Source of the DNA: Candidatus Dormiibacterota bacterium
Lineage (GTDB): Bacteria > Chloroflexota > Dormibacteria > Aeolococcales > Aeolococcaceae
DNA length: 64,000 nt
Assembly: GCA_036276135.1 (NCBI GenBank)
Contig: DATBEL010000066.1
Coordinates: 21,364-85,363, forward strand
Direction of reading: 5' to 3'
Below, piece by piece: positions 59,881-64,000 of the stretch. The notes beneath the pieces were generated by a model that ran no database searches, was not told the DNA's origin, and was given only the letters and a program-made list of their open reading frames with translations. Each line of letters starts with the position of its first letter. The stretch's first letter is position 1. Both the position numbers and the translations under genes were made by a program.

Positions 59881-60820
59881 CCGTCGCGCGCTCGACACGC
59901 CCCGGCGCCTGGTCACCCCGGACGAGCTGCGTCGCTGGTCGGAGCGATGCCGGGCCGCCGGGCTGAGCGTCGGCCTGGTGCCGACCATGGGCGCCCTGCA
60001 CGAGGGTCACCGCAGCCTGCTGCGGCGGGCACGGGTCGACTGCGACCGGGTGGTGGCCAGCATCTTCGTCAACCCCACCCAGTTCGGCCCGGGCGAGGAC
60101 ATCGACCGCTACCCCCGCCCGCTCGACGCAGACCTGGCAATGCTTGCCGCCGAGGGAATCGACGCAGCCTTCGTCCCCACCGTGGAGGCGATGTACGGAC
60201 CCCACCCGGTGACGGCAGTGCGCGTCGACCCATCGCTCACCGGCATCCTCGAGGGCGTCCATCGCCCCGGCCACTTCGACGGCGTGTCCCTGGTGGTGGC
60301 CAAGCTGCTCATCGCGTGCCGGCCGCATCGCGCCTACTTCGGTCAGAAGGACGCCCAGCAGTGCGTCGTCGTCCGCCGCCTCGCGGCCGACCTGGACACC
60401 GGGGTGGTGATCGTGGTCACGCCGGTGGTGCGCGATCATGACGGTCTCGCGTTCAGCAGCCGCAACGCCTACCTGAGCGACGCTGAGAGGGAGCGCGCCG
60501 TCGCCATCCCGGCCGGACTCTCCGCGGCGGCCAGCGCGTTCGCGGACGGGCAGACGCGCTCGTCCGTCCTCTGCGACCTGGTCCGCGCGCCGCTGGAAAC
60601 CGCCGGTTTCGACATCGACTACGTGGTTGCGGTCGATGCGGAAAGCCTCACCGGCGTCGAGGATGTGCGGCTCGGATGCCAAATTCTGGTCGCTGGTAGA
60701 ATGGGCAGCACTCGGTTGATCGACGTGATCCGCCTGGGAATCGACGCAGTTCCTCTGGACGGCGCCGGTCACCAGGGTTCGGAGATCCCGGGGGTCATCG
60801 GTATCCAGGGGAGAGAGTAG
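59861..60820 (+). CDS. panC: Pantoate--beta-alanine ligase
   Basis: PanC motifs are present (VPTMGALHEGHRSL, FVNPTQFGPGED, GQKDAQQ). Confidence 0.85.
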   Translation: MPTATTDRRALDTPRRLVTPDELRRWSERCRAAGLSVGLVPTMGALHEGHRSLLRRARVDCDRVVASIFVNPTQFGPGEDIDRYPRPLDADLAMLAAEGIDAAFVPTVEAMYGPHPVTAVRVDPSLTGILEGVHRPGHFDGVSLVVAKLLIACRPHRAYFGQKDAQQCVVVRRLAADLDTGVVIVVTPVVRDHDGLAFSSRNAYLSDAERERAVAIPAGLSAAASAFADGQTRSSVLCDLVRAPLETAGFDIDYVVAVDAESLTGVEDVRLGCQILVAGRMGSTRLIDVIRLGIDAVPLDGAGHQGSEIPGVIGIQGRE

Positions 60821-61180
60821 ATGCAGCGCGTCGTGCTCCGAGCCAAGATCCACCGTGCCACCGTCACCGACGCCGACCTCGACTACGAGGGATCCTGCTC
60901 ACTCGGCACCGAGTTGATGCAGGCGGCCGACATCGTCGCCGGCGAGCAGCTCCACGTCATCAACGTCAGCAACGGTTCGCGGGCGGTCACCTACGCCATC
61001 GAGGGATCGCCCGGCCAGGTCGGGCTCAACGGTGCGATGGCACACATCGGCAGCGCCGGTGACACGGTCATCATCATTGCCTACGCGCACCTCAGCGACG
61101 CCGAGCTGGCGACACACATCCCGCTCGTCGTCCATGTCGACTCCGCGAACCGCGTGCGCGAGGAGGTCACCATCTCCTGA
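60821..61180 (+). CDS. panD: Aspartate 1-decarboxylase
   Basis: The N-terminus KIHRATVTDADLDYEGSCS is typical of PanD, including the Gly-Ser self-processing site region. Confidence 0.85.
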   Translation: MQRVVLRAKIHRATVTDADLDYEGSCSLGTELMQAADIVAGEQLHVINVSNGSRAVTYAIEGSPGQVGLNGAMAHIGSAGDTVIIIAYAHLSDAELATHIPLVVHVDSANRVREEVTIS

Positions 61181-61197
61181 ACAGCGCGCTCAGTCCA

Positions 61198-62766
61198 ATG
61201 GAGGGACCGTACGACTGCGTGGTCGTCGGTGGTGGCATCGCCGGGTTGACGGCTGCTCTGACCGTGTCTGCGCGCGCCCGCGTTGCCCTGGTCGCCAAGG
61301 GACCGGTTGACGACGGCGCCACCCGCTGGGCGCAGGGCGGCATCGCCGCCGCGGTGGCGGACGACGACAGCGCCCAGCTTCATTTCGACGACACCGTGGC
61401 GGCCGGTCGCGGACTGTGCGATGAGGACGCGGTGCGCGTGCTCGTCGCCGAAGGCCCGCAACGGGTGCGCGAGCTGGCCGACTGGGGTGCCGGGTTCGAC
61501 AGTGACCGTGACCGCATGCTGGTCGGTCGCGAGGCTGCGCACTCGCGCAACCGCATCGTCCACGCCGGCGGCGACGCCACCGGTCGCGAGGTTGAGGCGG
61601 CGCTGGTGCGCACGCTGCGCCAGTCCGGCGCGACGGTGATCGAGAACATCCACGTCACCTCGCTGCTCGTCGACGACAACGGCAGGTGCGCCGGGGTCGA
61701 GCTGCGCAACAGCGACGGCACGGGCGCACCGCGCGTGCTCGGGGCCGGCGCCGTGATCCTCGCCAGTGGCGGCGCCGGACAGCTCTGGCGCAACACCACC
61801 AACCCGGCCGCGGCGACGGGCGACGGCGTGGCCCTGGCGTGGGATGCCGGCGCCGAGGTGGCGAGCATGGAGTTCATGCAGTTCCATCCCACCGCTCTGG
61901 CGCTCGACGGGGCGCCCCGCTTCCTGATCAGTGAAGCGATGCGCGGCGAGGGTGCGCACGTCGTCGACGCCGCAGGCGACCGCTTCCTGTTCGACGCCGA
62001 CCCGCGCGGCGAGCTCGCCGGACGCGACGTGGTGTCCCAGGCCATCTGGCAGCGGCTGCTCCGCGACGGCGGGGACCACGTGTACCTGGACTGCCGGCCC
62101 CTGGGCGCCGCCGTTCGCACGCGCTTCCCGACCATCACGGCGACCTGCCGGGCGCACGGCATCGACATCACCACGGCGCCGATCCCGATCGCGCCGGCGG
62201 CGCACTACATGATCGGCGGCGTGCGCACCGACGTCGACGGCGCCACCTCTCTGGCCGGGCTCTTCGCCTGCGGCGAGGTGGCCAGCACCGGGGTGCACGG
62301 CGCCAACAGGCTGGCCAGCAACAGCCTTCTCGAGGGGCTGGTCTTCGGCCACCGCGCCGCCGTCGCCGCTCTCCACGACATCGCGGAGCGCCCCGTCGCA
62401 CCGCCGCGGCGCCGTGCGGCCGACGAGCCCTCCCCCCGGCCAGCGTCCGGCGACAGCGCCGCGGGGGCGCACCTGCGCGACGCCATGTGGGAGGGGTGCG
62501 GCCTGGTCCGCGACGCCACCGGCCTGCGCACCGCGCGCGACGCCGTTGAGGAGATCGCGGTCACAATTCCCGGGCACGGGTCACTCGACGCCGTGCGTCT
62601 CCATCAGTCGACGACGACCGCAGCGCTGGTGTGCCGCGCGGCGCTCCTCCGTGAGGAGAGCCGGGGCGCTCACACCCGCGCCGACTTTCCATCAACCCGC
62701 GACAGCTGGCATGGCGTCCTGGTCATGCAGAAACAGAGAGGACACCGATTTGACCGCAACCCTTGA
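61198..62766 (+). CDS. nadB: L-aspartate oxidase
   Basis: The FAD-binding N-terminus is present (DCVVVGGGIAGLTAAL), with motifs of the fumarate reductase/succinate dehydrogenase flavoprotein family and the NadB capping domain. Confidence 0.9.
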   Translation: MEGPYDCVVVGGGIAGLTAALTVSARARVALVAKGPVDDGATRWAQGGIAAAVADDDSAQLHFDDTVAAGRGLCDEDAVRVLVAEGPQRVRELADWGAGFDSDRDRMLVGREAAHSRNRIVHAGGDATGREVEAALVRTLRQSGATVIENIHVTSLLVDDNGRCAGVELRNSDGTGAPRVLGAGAVILASGGAGQLWRNTTNPAAATGDGVALAWDAGAEVASMEFMQFHPTALALDGAPRFLISEAMRGEGAHVVDAAGDRFLFDADPRGELAGRDVVSQAIWQRLLRDGGDHVYLDCRPLGAAVRTRFPTITATCRAHGIDITTAPIPIAPAAHYMIGGVRTDVDGATSLAGLFACGEVASTGVHGANRLASNSLLEGLVFGHRAAVAALHDIAERPVAPPRRRAADEPSPRPASGDSAAGAHLRDAMWEGCGLVRDATGLRTARDAVEEIAVTIPGHGSLDAVRLHQSTTTAALVCRAALLREESRGAHTRADFPSTRDSWHGVLVMQKQRGHRFDRNP

Positions 62767-63616
62767 CCCGATCACCGAGGCCCTGACGCCGGACACCCTC
62801 GACTCGCTCATCCGCGTGACGCTTGCCGAGGACATCGGGGCCGGCGACGTCACCACCGACGCCGTCATCCCGGTCGACATGACCTGTCGCGGCAAGATCG
62901 TGTGCAAGGAGAACGGGGTCATCGCCGGCCTGCGGGTGGCGGCGCGTGTGTTCGCCATCGTCGACGACCGCATCACCTTCGACGCCAAGACCAAGGACGG
63001 CGAGAAGGTGCAGGAGGACCAGATCGTCGCGCGCATCTCGGGCCCGGCTCGGGGCATGCTCACCGCCGAGCGTGTCGCGCTCAACTTCCTGCAGCACCTG
63101 AGCGGCGTCGCCACCATGACGGCGCGCTATGTCAAAGCGGTCGACGGCACCAAGACCAAGATCCTCGACACCCGCAAGACCACCCCTGGGCTGCGCGGCC
63201 TCGAGAAGTACGCGACCCGCATCGGCGGCGCCCTCAACCACCGCATGGGCCTGTATGACGCCGTGCTCATCAAGGACACCCACCTGGCGTTGGTCGGCGG
63301 CATCACCCCGTCGCTGCGCGCCGTGCGCAAGGCGTACCCCGACGGCGACGTCAACGTCGAGGTCAGCAACATCCAGGAGCTCGAGCAGGCGCTCGCCGAC
63401 AAGGCCCCGCGCATCCTGCTCGACAACTTCGCCCCCGGCCAGGTCCGCGAGGCGATGCAGATCATCCGCGGCCGCGCCGAGGTGGAGATCAGCGGCGGTG
63501 TGCAGGTGGGCAACGCGCGCGCCTACGCCCTGGCTGGAGCCGATTACATCTCCGTCGGCGCACTGACCCATTCGGCGACCGCGCTGGACTTCTCGATGAA
63601 GGTTACGCGGTACTAG
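62750..63616 (+). CDS. nadC: Nicotinate-nucleotide pyrophosphorylase (carboxylating)
   Basis: The protein shows the QAPRTase fold (LTAERVALNFLQHLSGVAT ... ILDTRKTTPGLRGLEKYA ... LIKDTHLA ... ISGGV). A TTG start at 62750 is preceded by an AGAGAGGA ribosome-binding site. An alternative ATG lies at 62711. The gene overlaps the end of nadB. Confidence 0.85.
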   Translation: MTATLDPITEALTPDTLDSLIRVTLAEDIGAGDVTTDAVIPVDMTCRGKIVCKENGVIAGLRVAARVFAIVDDRITFDAKTKDGEKVQEDQIVARISGPARGMLTAERVALNFLQHLSGVATMTARYVKAVDGTKTKILDTRKTTPGLRGLEKYATRIGGALNHRMGLYDAVLIKDTHLALVGGITPSLRAVRKAYPDGDVNVEVSNIQELEQALADKAPRILLDNFAPGQVREAMQIIRGRAEVEISGGVQVGNARAYALAGADYISVGALTHSATALDFSMKVTRY

Positions 63617-63652
63617 CGGTCTGGGCGGTGCGTCTGCCGCGCGTTCTTAACC

Positions 63653-63673
63653 GGGAGGGGCAGGTCCCCTCCC
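63653..63673. terminator. GC-rich hairpin between the convergent nadC and the partial downstream gene
   Basis: The stem GGGAGGGG pairs with CCCCTCCC around a caggt loop. A second palindrome GGCGCGC-ctc-GCGCGCC lies at about 63724-63740. Neither has a clean U-run. Confidence 0.35.
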
Positions 63674-63752
63674 GATGAGCGCGGCCGATGCTTGCGCATC
63701 ACCCGCGCTCTACCCTCCCCTCGGCGCGCCTCGCGCGCCGGACGCGCTGGGG

Positions 63753-64000
63753 TCAGCTCTCCAGCGCAGCTACCAGCTCCTCTTGGAGGTAGCCGAGGGC
63801 GATCAGCATGCCGAACTCCGGCTTGGCGCGCAGCTTTTCGCTGGCCGCGACCTCCCAGCCGTCGTCGCTGATGCCGAGGAGCGACCCGGCGGCCAGGCGC
63901 AGCTGGTTGAAGCCGCGCAGCCACGCGTAGACCTGTGCCTCGGTGAGCACGAGCAGCTCCTCACCGGCGCCGAGCGCATCGCGGATGACGTCGAGATCGG
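63753..64000 (-). CDS. Partial CDS: the C-terminal 82 codons of an unidentified protein that runs off the window edge
   Basis: The minus-strand frame is open from the window end to the stop at 63753 (...PDLDVIRDALGAGEELLVLTEAQVYAWLRGFNQLRLAAGSLLGISDDGWEV...LES). GC3 is high. Confidence 0.4.
   Translation of the reverse strand, partial: DLDVIRDALGAGEELLVLTEAQVYAWLRGFNQLRLAAGSLLGISDDGWEVAASEKLRAKPEFGMLIALGYLQEELVAALES

Noticed and set aside
59807-60853. 348-aa minus-strand ORF antisense to panC
   Set aside because: It lies antisense within the conserved panBCD operon.

Overview
This is a 64-kb stretch of very high-GC (about 70-73%) bacterial chromosome with near-saturated coding and no CRISPR array, transposase, integrase or rRNA. 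The gene content fits a deep-branching Actinobacteria-like or Chloroflexi-like organism: a small-type aconitase-family dehydratase, RNase Y, type-2 IleS, PPDK, and an hrcA-grpE-dnaJ operon with a CIRCE operator. All calls were read by eye from the ORF track and the sequence, using motif recognition only.

Most of the window is conserved housekeeping genes in recognisable neighbourhoods:
- leuD/leuC plus a short HMGL-family synthase and a leuB-like dehydrogenase
- ppdK
- dnaG-sigA-tRNA-Asn
- radC
- lepA...hemW
- CIRCE-hrcA-grpE-dnaJ
- rsmE-mtaB-HIT
- rny
- rpsU
- ybeY-pth-mfd-mazG-ftsB-like-ileS
- tRNA-fMet and tRNA(CAT), then tilS-ftsH
- DUF2520-panB-panC-panD-nadB-nadC

The best candidate for an undescribed system is a divergent redox/metal cluster at 19.6-25.3 kb. 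On the minus strand, a DUF4395 membrane protein overlaps a membrane-anchored thioredoxin. On the plus strand, five genes run with 4-nt start/stop overlaps: a rubrerythrin-like ferritin, a DUF3501 protein, a lipoprotein, a ChlD-like AAA+/vWA protein and a ChlI-like AAA+ protein. No ChlH/CobN partner is present. Both AAA+ paralogs carry a deviant Walker A (GTAKST) and a 4-Cys insertion.

Other items worth a second look:
- a candidate attenuator/leader upstream of the synthase gene
- a secreted pseudo-cupredoxin lacking copper ligands
- a cytoplasmic papain-like peptidase
- a single-chain UvrD-type helicase fused to a Cas4/RecB-like Fe-S nuclease
- two CAT-anticodon tRNAs directly upstream of a truncated tilS
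- a DUF2520 Rossmann protein that may be the missing ketopantoate reductase of the pan cluster
- a poly-proline (CCG)n tract with a possible frameshifted or small ORF after a DUF4234 gene

Coordinates derived from the ORF track are reliable. Start codons I moved (GTG/TTG starts) and motif positions read by hand may be off by a few bases.
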